A DNA stretch of 63,216 nucleotides, the filler included, from Circinaria calcarea (Eukaryota), in the NCBI GenBank assembly GCA_051942165.1. It is 10 parts of 10 records of this genome, joined end to end, with 100 filler letters (N's around TTAATTAATTAA, not from the genome) between each part and the next. Parts side by side here need not be neighbours in the genome. Positions count along the whole stretch, not along the records: positions 50,672 to 56,894 come from JAVECS010001638.1; positions 56,995 to 63,216 come from JAVECS010001639.1; 8 more parts are not named here. The stretch is one strand, 5' to 3'. Below, one piece after another: positions 50,688 to 62,101 of the stretch (its first letter is position 1; every line of letters begins with the position of its first letter). Made by a program: the position numbers and the translations under genes. The notes beneath the pieces were generated by a model. That model was not told the DNA's origin and ran no database searches. It saw only the letters and a program-made list of their open reading frames with translations.

Positions 50688-51395
50688 ATGATCATGAAAC
50701 GCCAACGTGGAACGGTATTGGAAGACGCATTCATCTACATGACCGACAGCCAGATCAAAGACGTTGCAGATGAGGTTGCAGCTCATGTCAAGACACTTAC
50801 ACAGCATACCTCTAAAGTCCTAGAAACTGTTGATCATTCGGGCGTCGGAGAAGAGATTCTGGTTGGACTCATGCCACTGAAAGAAGCTATTCATACCCCG
50901 TCTTGGGTACGGCGTCGATCGCCCCGGTTTACGCCGGAAGAACTCCAGGCACATCAGAAAGAAATCTCCAACATGGAATCGATCCCCGACCCGGGACCCG
51001 AGTTCGTCCTTTACAACACCGGCCTCACGCCTTACGATATTTCCGTTTATCCTCCGTGTCGTGGCGAAAAGTGCCGGCTGGCAGAGGTCAGCGGCTGGGA
51101 GCGTACTGGATACTGGCCCCGCTACTGGGTGGCCGTATGTCCCTCTAGTTCTGGAATTTACGTGGTAAGGCGTGGAAACGATGAGCGCTGGGCGCAGTAC
51201 CTCAGCCAGGCGCTTGTAAGAGCAGGGTTTGAGGATGATACCAAGGAATGGTTTTCTACCTTTTGTGACGCCTCCCAAGAGCTGAGGCACGAACGAGCAG
51301 GCCAGGAATATCACGATTGGATCGCGGCCGTCCGGTTGAAAAACCTGAGCAACCTGTCTGGAACCAAAGCCGGTTATTTGGCTTTAGCGGACTGA
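50688..51395 (+). CDS. Hypothetical protein (possibly 5' truncated)
   Basis: 235-codon ORF with coding-like composition; no family recognised. Confidence 0.55.
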   Translation: MIMKRQRGTVLEDAFIYMTDSQIKDVADEVAAHVKTLTQHTSKVLETVDHSGVGEEILVGLMPLKEAIHTPSWVRRRSPRFTPEELQAHQKEISNMESIPDPGPEFVLYNTGLTPYDISVYPPCRGEKCRLAEVSGWERTGYWPRYWVAVCPSSSGIYVVRRGNDERWAQYLSQALVRAGFEDDTKEWFSTFCDASQELRHERAGQEYHDWIAAVRLKNLSNLSGTKAGYLALAD

Positions 51396-52333
51396 AGCTG
51401 CTGTGGTTCACGGTCCATGCTTGGCACCGCGGCAACTTTTCGCCACTTACGCTATTTAGCTATATACAATCCGCATGATTACCCCGGGCTTCATTATGTT
51501 CGACCTCAACGATGTGAAGGAGGACACGTCTCCCAATTTCCATTAATGTTGTGTCAAGATGCTTCAAGTACATGCTTCGATCGGAACGCCCTATCCCGGC
51601 CCTGACTCATACCGTGTCCTCCTTTTGGCCACCTCCCCCCCCTTACACGCGTTTCCCGCCCTGCATAATGCTTCCTCACTCTCCAACTTTCATGAACAAG
51701 CTCCAGTTTATTTAGTTCTACTCCAGCCAGCTAACAGGAAGATGGATGCATGAAAACCGATATTCTATTGCTGGTTTTTGTAGTCGACACCGTCTCGGGG
51801 GACTTCTTATGGCATAAATCACATTTATCCACGTCACATGGGCTGGTGTAGCGGCACTTCGGGGCAGTAGGTTCGCGCTCTCTCTCCGGAGTCCATCGTT
51901 GAATCGAGGCAGCAAAGGTGCGGTGTATCTTCGGGTCCGGGAGACAGTATAGCGTATGGCTCAACAGGATGCAGCAGTACGGGAAGCGATTGATGGCTCG
52001 AGCTGATCGATAGAGGGGAGGAAGAGTGTCGACAGTGTTGTGTTGAATGAGTATAGGGAGAGGTAGACGGTTGTGGGATCGTACCGGAAGCTATATATAC
52101 CACGCTCGACACGCCATTGCTACGCCCCGTGAAATGGTTTCCTCTTTTGAAAAAGATGGAACCCTAGACAGCTTCAGAGTCTGGGACATGATTGTGAACC
52201 CAAGACCCTCTGGTGGAAAGGAATATCTCAGGACAAGCTCTTTTGTTGCCCAAGCCACCTCAGGTCCAAATGTGTCGCCAAAACTCTTTTGTTCTCGATC
52301 CCGACCTCGGAAGTCCAGCTTCGCAGCTCCGAA

Positions 52334-52993
52334 TCACTGCCAGACTCGTGCAAACAATGGATGCGAGTTGCGGACCTTGTTGCAGGGGCGAGCAGTTGCT
52401 CCCTCGTCGACCGCAGGTTTGGGGCGACATGTCTTTCTCGATGGACGACTAGAAGGGTTTGTGCTGGCGAAACTGGCATAGAACTCGGCCGCCGCTGGGA
52501 GGCCTAACACCGACAACAAGCTGGTTTCCGGCATTGCGTACCGTAATGGTTTCATCGTCAATATGGGATACGTTTGCCCTTGATGATAACCTTGCGGGAT
52601 CTCATCCCCCATCAGGTACTGGATGAGTTTGTCGAGCGTCCTGATCTCCAGAGACCCGAATGATATCGGTATATTCCTCCGTGTACTGGACCAGAGATAT
52701 TTCCCCGGTTCAGGGCCCTTCCACACCCCCGTTCCCTAAGTGGGAAAATCGACGAACAGATTCAACGATTGATTCCATGCCAATATCTCGCGGCTGTATC
52801 GCAAGGCTTTTGCGAACTGCGGGATGAGCAGGCAATCAGTGAGGGTTACAACGGGTAACCAATCCTCCAAGGAGTAGAGTTGATTTGTGACAAGGGGAGT
52901 ATTACAAGCCAACGGGTGGCACGTACATGAATGAGGGGGCGGAGACGCCAAATTCAACCGGACTGTTTTTTCCTTTTCCGAAGTTTGCATCAT
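52334..52993 (-). pseudogene. Uncharacterised reading frame interrupted by a single in-frame TAG
   Basis: ORFs 52736-52993 and 52334-52726 are in the same frame, separated only by TAG (...FVDFPT*GTGVWKG...). Confidence 0.35.
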
Positions 52994-54131
52994 TCCTTCG
53001 ATTTTTTCCGGGGATCCTAGTTGATAAGATGAAATATACGCGCACCCCGACTAGAAGCGGAACGGGGGATCACAATCCGCAGTGATATTGATCCCTCACA
53101 GCTCTAGCGACATTCGCACACCACCCGAAAGGCGCAAACAGTGATATTATCTCCCACCCTCCCCCAAGGATCGTCATAGGGTAGACGAAATCTCTCCGTG
53201 GTTGAACCGCCTTGGAGGTACGGAGGGGATGGTGGGGGAGGGGGATTGAAAATTCAAAAGCTTTCGGACTTTCTTCTTTTTTTTGGTTCTTGGGATCCGA
53301 TCTCCGGGACATTTGCATACAGACGGTTATCCTTTCCTTTCATTTCCTGTCCTGTTTGGGGAGGGAATTGGGATGATTGACCTACCAGTAGGAACCCAAG
53401 GGTTTCCCCCCGGGAAGGGCTTGATGTAGATAGATGCGGCTACGGGGTTGAAAGAGGATGTGAGCGGGGCATGGTAGGACAATAAGGATCTGGAACAGGT
53501 GCAGTCGGGGGAAGTAGCCGAGGAGATCTCGGATGACTCGTTTTGGAAAAACTCGTTGAAAAGGGTAGACTGCCGTCCTTTCAAGGTTCAGGGGACTCCG
53601 ATGTGGGCGGGGGGGGGGCCCTTGCTAGGGAGTACTCTTTTCATGCCGATATGGCGTAACAAGAGGTCAAGCTTTCCGCGGGCGGAGTCGGTGAGAATAA
53701 GAGGGGAGTGGAGTAGGGAGGAACAGCGCAAAAAGGCGATCAGGGAAAGAGAAACTTCCTTGAACTGAGTGGTGGGGAGAGATGAGGTGAGAGAAGAGGA
53801 ATTAGAGGTGGTAGATCGTGGGACGGAAGTTCACAGAGTGCAATTTTTTCGCCACCGTGAGAAAGTGAGAAAGTGAGAGAAAGTCAGTTGGATGGGTCGG
53901 GCAATCTATGGCCAAAAGGAAGAAATCGCGACCATCGCCCAGCGGCTTAAATGCCTACGGTAGGAAAGAATTTTCGGGAAGACCTGCCGCATGAATAAAC
54001 ACCCCCCAATTCGCCCCCTTCATCCACTCGATCCCGAAACCATCAGAAAACTCCAGAGTACCACTAGTCCCGTGGTTCCCAAATCCGATTTGTTGAGCAT
54101 TTTCCTTTACCCAAATCCTCCACGAACGGGT

Positions 54132-55020
54132 TTACGTGTGCTGTGTCACCACAATGCCAACGTCCTTCTCCGAACTGGCGTACATAGGAGGTTGTTGGGA
54201 ACCGAATTCAGGATTGCTCTTGTATTGAAGTTCAATATGCTTCTGGACGCCTCTGATTAGACTAGTTCGCCGCCACTTGTGCGTGTCGATGCAGGCAAAG
54301 ACGAAGAGGATGAAATGCAGGACACTGTATTTTCCCCTTGTCTATTAGCATTCGTTGATGAAAAATTGATCTCTAGATTCGAGAGACGAGCGGAAATGAC
54401 TTGCAAGACAATGAATAAAAATATGATTCCTGTAATCTCCATGTGCCCGATCGTATAAGCAACCGGATCACACTCTTTGGAGAATTCGTTGAAGAAGAAT
54501 CCGCAGTCGACGTTTCCGTTGTGGTCGGAGATGGCGGGCTTCCAATACCAGAAGAGACCACCGGCAACGGTGAAGATAAGGGCGGGGACGGAAACTGTCC
54601 AGATGGCAAGGTCGACGGTCAGGTGGATGGCAGGGTGAGGGTGTTTGCCGCGGCGGAGGAGGAGGAGCATGAAAAGGGAGACGGGGTTGTAAATAAGGGA
54701 GAGGAGGACCTGTGACTGGAGTTAAGAACGTGTTTGTGAAGGTAGGTACCAGGGTGGTCAAGGTGGGGTATAGGAGAATAGGAACTTGCAGGGAGGAACC
54801 TTACGGGAGCGAGAGCCATTCCATCCATCCAGTCATTAGCCTTGCGGCCGTCATGGTTGACAAAGTTGCTGTTGGTCAACGAGACGGATGCCGCGAGAAG
54901 AATCGTTGCCACAAGGGCCGAAGCGGTAGCGATGATTCGAAGGATAGCTTTGAGGGGCCATTGGGTGTCTTCCTCGTGTAGACGACGACGGGTCTCTACC
55001 GTCAATGGACCGTTTGCCAT
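54132..55020 (-). CDS. Four-TM (MARVEL-like) membrane protein, 3 exons
   Basis: WPLKAILRIIATASALVATILLA...|...HPHPAIHLTVDLAIW...|VLHFILFVFACIDTHKWRR. The second intron is GC-AG (54404-54325). Confidence 0.82.
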
Positions 55021-55723
55021 GGTTGTCGGGGTGTGAGATAAAGTCGATCAAAGATTTGGAGGTAACGAACGTCAGGCAACCGCTTTCGAAAGCAGATTAC
55101 AGAGGTGGAATGGGAGAGGACAGATGGAAGATGAAGAAAAGGAGAGACAGTCTACCCATACGAGCAGATGAGAGAGTCACATCTTTACAGCATGAGGGTA
55201 TCGAAGCTATATGAGATCCCGCCCTCCTCTCCTTTACCAACTTATTCTTAGCTGAGGAAGCAAGCAGAGGCCCCTCGCGTCCACAGATGGAAAGATGCGA
55301 TACCACAGCATCACCTCCATGCATCCTGATCCCTGCTAAGCGCCGAAGCTTGGGCCAGGCCAGGCGGTTATGTAGTTTTGGCGTACAGAGTACCAACGAG
55401 GCCCGCACTCCGCCGTGGCCAACGTCAAGGTCCAGCGGTTGGCCACCGTGCCCGCAGATGAGCGTTTACGGAGTACGCAAGCGTGGCTACTGGTAGACCT
55501 TTCGAAGTCGAGGGGTTGTTTCACACGCTGCTGACCCTGGAATCTACGGGCCGGCATCTTAGCGGCATGGCGGGCGCTTCCTCGGCGACTTGAAAATCAT
55601 CCTTATCGAAGGGGAGCTAAAAGTGCTAGTGGATGATTGGAGATCCAATGCTTTCGTCATGCTATCGGTGAACTTGAATCGACTACGAACCTCGAAGATG
55701 GCCTTCCCCAACTTTCCCCAACA

Positions 55724-56121
55724 ATGTCTGCGTCGACCACCAAGCCCCGTTACAAACTTATCTTCACTGTCCCCCACTCCGCCCTCGCCGCTTGCAAAAA
55801 TGCCGTCTTCTCCACCGGTGCCGGCACTTACCCGAGCGGAAAGTATTTCAGAGCCTGTTTCGAGAGTCCCGGTGTGAATCAGTTCACCCCGTCCGCCGGC
55901 GCAAAACCGCACATCGGACAGGTAGGGAAGATGGAAAAGGTCGAGGAGATGAAGGTCGAAATACTGTGTGTTGGCCATAATACGATGCAGAATGCCGTCA
56001 GGTCATTGAAATTGTGTGACCCGTCTGTAACATCTCCGAGTCGACGTCTGCTGACGTGACATACAGTGTACATCCATACGAGGAGGTCCCTTATGAGGTT
56101 TATAAGCTGGAGGATGTATGA
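55724..56121 (+). CDS. Stand-alone YqfO/NIF3 PII-like (GlnB-like fold) small protein (intron 56014-56066)
   Basis: YKLIFTVP...KNAVFSTGAGTYP.GKY..ACFESPGVNQF...PHIGQVG..EKVEEMKVEILC...|HPYEEVPYEVYKLEDV. Confidence 0.85.
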
Positions 56122-56195
56122 ATCTTGATAACATTCATTTCCAAACGACCCAGGTGGCTTCTTGTACATAAGATATTTACCTTGCCTGATAATGT

Positions 56196-56894
56196 TTAAG
56201 CATGCAAGGCCTCTCCGATCCAATCCATTTGTACCGCGCTTACCCCGCGAGCGTAGCTGCGGTTTGTGAAGACGAACTCGTTGTACATGATGGCCTCCAC
56301 CTTTTTCCCAAACAGGCAGCTTGATGGATGGATGGCTACGATCTGGTTGCCAACCATGGTCTTGTAGCTTCCATCGGGAAAGAGCCTTGCAGTGTTCGTA
56401 GCGAAGCCTTTGAGGAAACACTTCAAGATGGCATCTGCCCGTTCCGGTGTAATGGTAGAACTCTGAACGTCCTCTGAGATGACTTTCAGCTTCAGATGCT
56501 GGCATTGGGCTCGAAGTTGTTTTCGCACGTCCTGTCCTCTATTAGCGATCTCCGTTTCACAAATGCACGCGGGGAACTGAGAAGCTGCAACACCATAACT
56601 CTGGAAGTAGGAAATAGGATTGGTGGCTGAAATACTGCCACTAAGCTCATGATGATGATTCATATCTTTGGACCTACTCTCAATACGAGCGATTGATCTC
56701 GGGTAGTAATTTTGTAATGTAACCTTTTTCACCGCACGTACAATATAGAACTGGACGTACCATCACCGCCTGCATGGCTCTGTGGGAAATGAAATGCTTT
56801 TCCGACCATGCTCTTCTGTCCGAGCGCTCCGTCGCATATGCTTGAACGGTTGTCAAAAGGGTCAGATGATCACCTTCTCGTCGATAAAGCGCTC
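56196..56894 (-). CDS. DHR2: DEAH-box RNA helicase C-terminus (Dhr2/DHX33-like), 5' truncated
   Basis: REGDHLTLLTTVQAY...HRAMQAVM|DVRKQL...ILKCFLKGF...DGSYKT...AIHPSSCLFG...YNEFVFTNRSYARGVSAV. Confidence 0.85.
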
Positions 56895-56994
56895 NNNNNN
56901 NNNNNNNNNNNNNNNNNNNNNNNNNNNNNNNNNNNNNNTTAATTAATTAANNNNNNNNNNNNNNNNNNNNNNNNNNNNNNNNNNNNNNNNNNNN
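56895..56994. other. Artificial contig linker
   Basis: N44-TTAATTAATTAA-N44. Confidence 0.99.
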
Positions 56995-58774
56995 AACACA
57001 TTCCCCTCTGCACAGTTCTCACATGAAGTAGCAGCCCACCATTTACCTTGGTGAGAAAACCCCCTGCCGCAGTTATTCATTCCACAAGCATCTTAATCTT
57101 TCATCAGTCTATATGTAAATAAAATACGGGATTATTAGATTGGAACGGGAATTAAATAATAAATAATAGAAATTATTATACTCGCTAATAGTTTGACTTA
57201 ACCCAACTCCCTAAATCTAATTGAAATTTTACTTACCCATCCTTTCCGTGCACTCCTAGGTTTATTTAGGTTTGGGGGGGGGAAAGGGGGTGAGGTAGAA
57301 AAGAAAGTATAAACAATCACTACTCGCAATTTGGTTGGTACCTTAGCTGACCTCGGAGTCTACCTTATCAACAGGCTATCATCCCGTGTCTGAGAATGGA
57401 GAGAGAAGTTGAAGAGTCGGCGCAAGACCAATCGGCGACGATGGGGTCTCAGGGTTGGTTAAGCGAGGCTAGCTCTCAGGTGGAGACGATCAAAAATGCG
57501 ACCAAGTCCACCGCCGTAACCGGGCTCAGGGCTTCCTACACCCTCATGGAAGCGTTGTGTTCTTCGGCGAAGAAACAGTATTCGAGCCGCAATTACTACC
57601 TGATCCTACATGATCCGACATGTTCCTCCCTCCTTACTAGATACGCCGCTTGAAGATCTGCTACCGGAGTCGCTGCCGCTATTTGTACCGCCTTGCGAAC
57701 CCTTGGACGACGCATTATTCCGATCGCCAGCAGACTGCGCCCGTGCTGCAAAACCCCGGGATGACATGTCACCACCACCTTTGGCCTATCAATAATCTGG
57801 TTAATACGAGGCAAAAAGATCAGATAGACCTGGTAGTCTTTACCTGAGATGACTGTATCCGAGAAGAGTCAGACTTGGTCATTTGATGGGAAGGCATGTT
57901 GTTATATATGGGCCTACTGAAGAGGTATGTGAGAGTTGATTTTCAAGACCTCGCCGGATGTAGAATGAGTAAGAAGAGTAGATTTGGGTCCAGTATCTTA
58001 TATAATTATGTATGGCTAGTAAATGCCTCACACCACCATCAATACTCAAGTTAAAATTAGAGCAAAGCTACTGCTAGCGATAATCCCGCTCTATTTTCGG
58101 ATCCCGAATACACCCACTAGCACACATAACAGTAAGAGATCCCCCCCTACTTTGAACTCGGCTGCAGATTACTTTGGCATTTAGGGCTTGGAATAAAACC
58201 CAAGCTTACCACGTGCGATTAAAGAGATCTATACTATCACGTGAGCGGAGAGCCAGCCAATACGTGACGTAATCGTAAAGTATTTTCACATACACTATGA
58301 AGACCTGTGTGAAGGAAATAGGGTGCTCCGCTATGCTCCTAAGGTATAGGCAAAGACGCTGAGTAGAACGAGGCCTCGAGGTCCCGAATATAGAAGAATT
58401 AGAAGGTATATGGCACGACCTGACTGCTATAGTATAATGCGCATATAGATGTCACGTAACAGCTGGATTCAATCCTGCTTCAGTGCTATTCAGTTGCTGC
58501 TCTTCATGTGTGTATGAAGAAAATCCCTATCTATGCCTGCGCCAGTACTGCCATACCCCTGCCCCTCAGTCTAGCCCTTTCTGTCTCCACCACACTGTGT
58601 ATCATCGCTTTCGCTTCTGACAAGACCCGAGGGCAGGCGTAGAATATGCTTTTGCAACCACGACACAGAGAGAGAGGAGAGACAGAGAGGCAGGAAGGGA
58701 GGCAGGGTGAGAAAGGAGAAGGAAAAGGCGGTGGGAAGAAAGGTATTCTAAGAAAGACAGGCGATGCGTAGGAA

Positions 58775-58800
58775 AAGAAGAAGAAGAAGAAGAAGAAGAA
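58775..58800 (+). repeat. (AAG)n microsatellite
   Basis: About 8-9 AAG units. Confidence 0.9.
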
Positions 58801-59299
58801 CAATAGAGCCACTCTCCCCTCTCCCGCTATATCTTATAAACAATAGCGCCGAGAGCGTATAGAGAGTAAAATCCGCGTAGTAATCTTGAAATACAAATAT
58901 TCTAAAGCTAAAACAAGAGAAAAGAGATTATAGATAAAATAACACGAACCCGTAAATTATCGAATAAAATCCTAATTATATACCTCTTTAATATTTCTTG
59001 TTTTGTTTTATTTCACTCCTACATCGCTTCTTACCAGTTACTCGCCTGCTCAAACCCCCCCTTAAAAAAAAGGATTTTAGGGCTAGTATTTGGAGATAGG
59101 TTGATTGAGCTGGTGAGACCTGTTCGCAAGACCTGTGGGGACGTTATAACAGGAAGCGCTTAATGATATAAATATAGTGCTACGGCTAGCCCAGGCACTC
59201 CAAACACCCTATTTTATAAAGTCTGAGCGGTTCAAGAGAGACGCTGAGCCTGATTGGGACAGTTCGATTGCCTCGTATTTCAAACGCAAACTATTCATC

Positions 59300-60445
59300 C
59301 TAATACTGAGCTGCTTCGAGTGGTCGAAGCAAGTGCTTCAGCACTGCCCCAGCCTCCAGCTCGTCCACTGCTTGCTTGCTATAAATCTTCCGGCTGTCAT
59401 AGCTGTAATCACTCAGCTCCTTTACTGTCCGGAAAATCCGAACGTATTTGCCACCACTACGGCCCCATTCAATGAGATCGATGATGTTGACATGACGGCC
59501 GCGGACGGACTGTTTCAAGGGTTAGTGCTCACGCATTTGAAGAACATGGGGATGTAGACCTACTGATCGACATAGCTCACATGTTGTAGGGAGGGGTGTG
59601 ATGCGCACCGCCCGGCAAAGTGAATGCCACGCATTCAGGTCATCTTCAACACCGAACCACAGGTTAAACTCCTGTGTTAGCGCGGTTTGATAACGATGCC
59701 ACAATTCTTTGCATTCGGGGCCTCCACGGGACCATTTGTGGCGTTTCTGCAGATGGCTTTGAAGGGATTCAAATGAGATGGCGGGTGGTGTGGAGGCGTC
59801 ATAATGGAAGGAGTGGTGGGAGTGGAAGAAGTTGTCCAAAGGGCCGTCAGAGGTCCAGCTTTGCAACAGACGATTAGCGGCTAAATTCGACTTTGCAATC
59901 CTTTTTCCTTTGGTTTTATTCGCTTCAGGTGTCCCTGATATTGTAGAATTGACATGCAGCGGGACTAGGACAGTTGATATCTCAGGTATCAGCTTTCTAG
60001 CATGCGCTTTCCCGGCAAGATGGTCAACTCTTGAAATAGCTTGCATTTTCCGGTTGCAGAGTGTGCATGTCCAAGGGACGGCGCCAGGTGGAGCTGACAC
60101 TGTGACAGCGTTCCGTAGCTTGGCTTTTGTCTGCGTAGGCTCAGCTGTTCTTTGGAGAGTCGAGGGAATCGCAGTGGTAGGATGTCGCGAAAATTCTGCA
60201 GAGACTTGCACACAATCCGTGATCCCATATTGCTGATCTTTTATATGGGCAACAGGCAAGATGGATATGGACTCTTTGCTAAAAGAAGAATGCAAAAGAG
60301 TAAGTTCTTTGATTCGGGATGCCAAAGCGCTAGCGTTGAATTGTGCAAGACGAGCTTTATGACTATTACTGCCTATATGCGCCGGTCCGTCTTTTACCGC
60401 CATAAGAAGGGAACAGATTGTACAAGTCCACGTGGTATATGCCAT
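59300..60445 (-). CDS. Protein with two U1/matrin-type C2H2 zinc fingers and a C-terminal uncharacterised helical domain (intron 59563-59510)
   Basis: WTCTICS...HIGSNSH; WTCTLCN...HLAGKAH; then FNLWFG.EDDLNAWHSLCRAVRITPLPTTCELCRS|SVRGRHVNIIDLIEW...VLKHLLR. Confidence 0.82.
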
Positions 60446-61145
60446 TGAGCTTGATATCTCTGGGGCAGTAGGTATGCAAAAGTGCAGATGAAAGTAGAAC
60501 ATCCTGTTCTACTTCCTAGGAACTAGTGAGGTGGCTCGTGTAATATTTATCATGATTGGATTCCTATATTTATGTATTAACCCGGTATATAACGCGATTT
60601 TGTGCTCAGACATGTCCAGCCGAGACCTATTAATAAGCTCGGAATGGTAGCTAACCCGCTAGGGGCTTAGCGCCTCATACTTGGGAATTGAGGTAATTTA
60701 TTATATCATTGCAATTTATAACTCGCCGCTAATAAATCACTACCTATTATAATTAAAATACAAAGAGTTCTGGAAATACTATAAGGATCCTTTACGAATA
60801 ATATAATGATCTTACGATTAAAGGTCGGTGAACTGTGTGATAATGTGCACAATTGGTTCGCATGGTGTATGAATTATTGCTAAAGAATTCTGGTGTAACG
60901 CTTCGCGAAGAAAACCCTTCTCGCTAAGCCAATACCTCGTGACCTCGGTGTATAGTTCACCCGTAGGGTTCGTAGGGGTCCTCTGGTAGAGGCTCCTTAC
61001 AGACGGCTTTGCATTAACCTCACTCTGGAAAATTATTTATCACGAGTTATTGTTTTCTTGTTGGCTGACTTTCAAACCTTTATTAAAACGTACACAAGCA
61101 ATCTATCCATCCATTCGAGCGAGCACACCTACGCCGTTTCAGAAG

Positions 61146-62101
61146 ATGGAACCCACACAGCTTACCTGTCGAATCCGCGTGTGTAAGGCTGAGACTAGAG
61201 ATACTGACGCTGAATATCCAGAGGAATCCGCGGTGTTTGATTTTAAGGACTGTCAGAATGTTGGAATCGAGATTCGAACACGGTGGATGCATGAGGTAAT
61301 AAAGTACTTCACTGACCTTCATGATCGCATCCGACCATGGGACTTTCTTGCCAAATTAGACGGATCTGTCGAACTCCTCGAAACGACGGCATTGGGTGGC
61401 GAGGCCTACCCGGCCCGATTCCAAATACCACCACGCACCATCCATGGGCTTGATCGTCGTGAACAAGTCAGAAGAATCGAGAAATTTGCAATGGCCAGCC
61501 TTCTTTACGAGATCTTATCCGGTACGAAGCCTTTTCAGGAATTGACCGACGACCAGGTGCAGCATCGCTTCAGCAATGGAGACTTTCCTGATGACGCTGT
61601 TTCTTTACCCAACTCATTAATTATCTGTTCAGGTTGGAGTGAGGAGTTCTCGCAGGAGTTGAATAGGCGAGGTATGCTATGTCAACCGTATTACTTAGAA
61701 GCTACTGACTTTACATAGTTAACGCGCAAGACAGCAGCATTCTACAAGCGGCGAGCAACTATGCGAAAGCTCATCCACTGCGCACCGGAATTCAAGTTGT
61801 AGGCCTCACTCTTTCCGCCTTATCATTCCTAGCGGTGCCAGTGCTTGGTGCCGTTGGATTCACCGCAGCCGGACCAGCGGCTGGTTCTGCAGCAGCAGCA
61901 TGGCAAGCTTCGATTGGGGCTGTCCAGGCTGGCAGCCTCTTCGCATGGTGTCAAAGTGCGGCAATGGGCGGGGCAGCTGTGGGTGGTATCCAAGTTGCTG
62001 GTGTTGCTGGTGCGGCGTTGACAAGGGTGGCCGATGTTCCGGGATTGGTCGAGACATTTAAGACCGTTTTCCGTACCTCAAACCAAATACAGCGATCCTG
62101 A
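61146..62101 (+). CDS. 302-aa fusion of a kinase-C-lobe-like domain and an IFI6/IFI27 (ISG12)-like Gly/Ala-rich membrane motif (intron 61672-61718)
   Basis: EKFAMASLLYEILSGTKPFQELTDDQVQHRFSNGDFP, spliced in frame to ...PVLGAVGFTAAGPAAGSAAAAWQASIGAVQAGSLFAWCQSAAMGG. Confidence 0.8.

Noticed and set aside
58209..58272. Cluster of CACGTG/TGACGT motifs
   Set aside because: Common bHLH/bZIP-like hexamers with no identifiable downstream gene.
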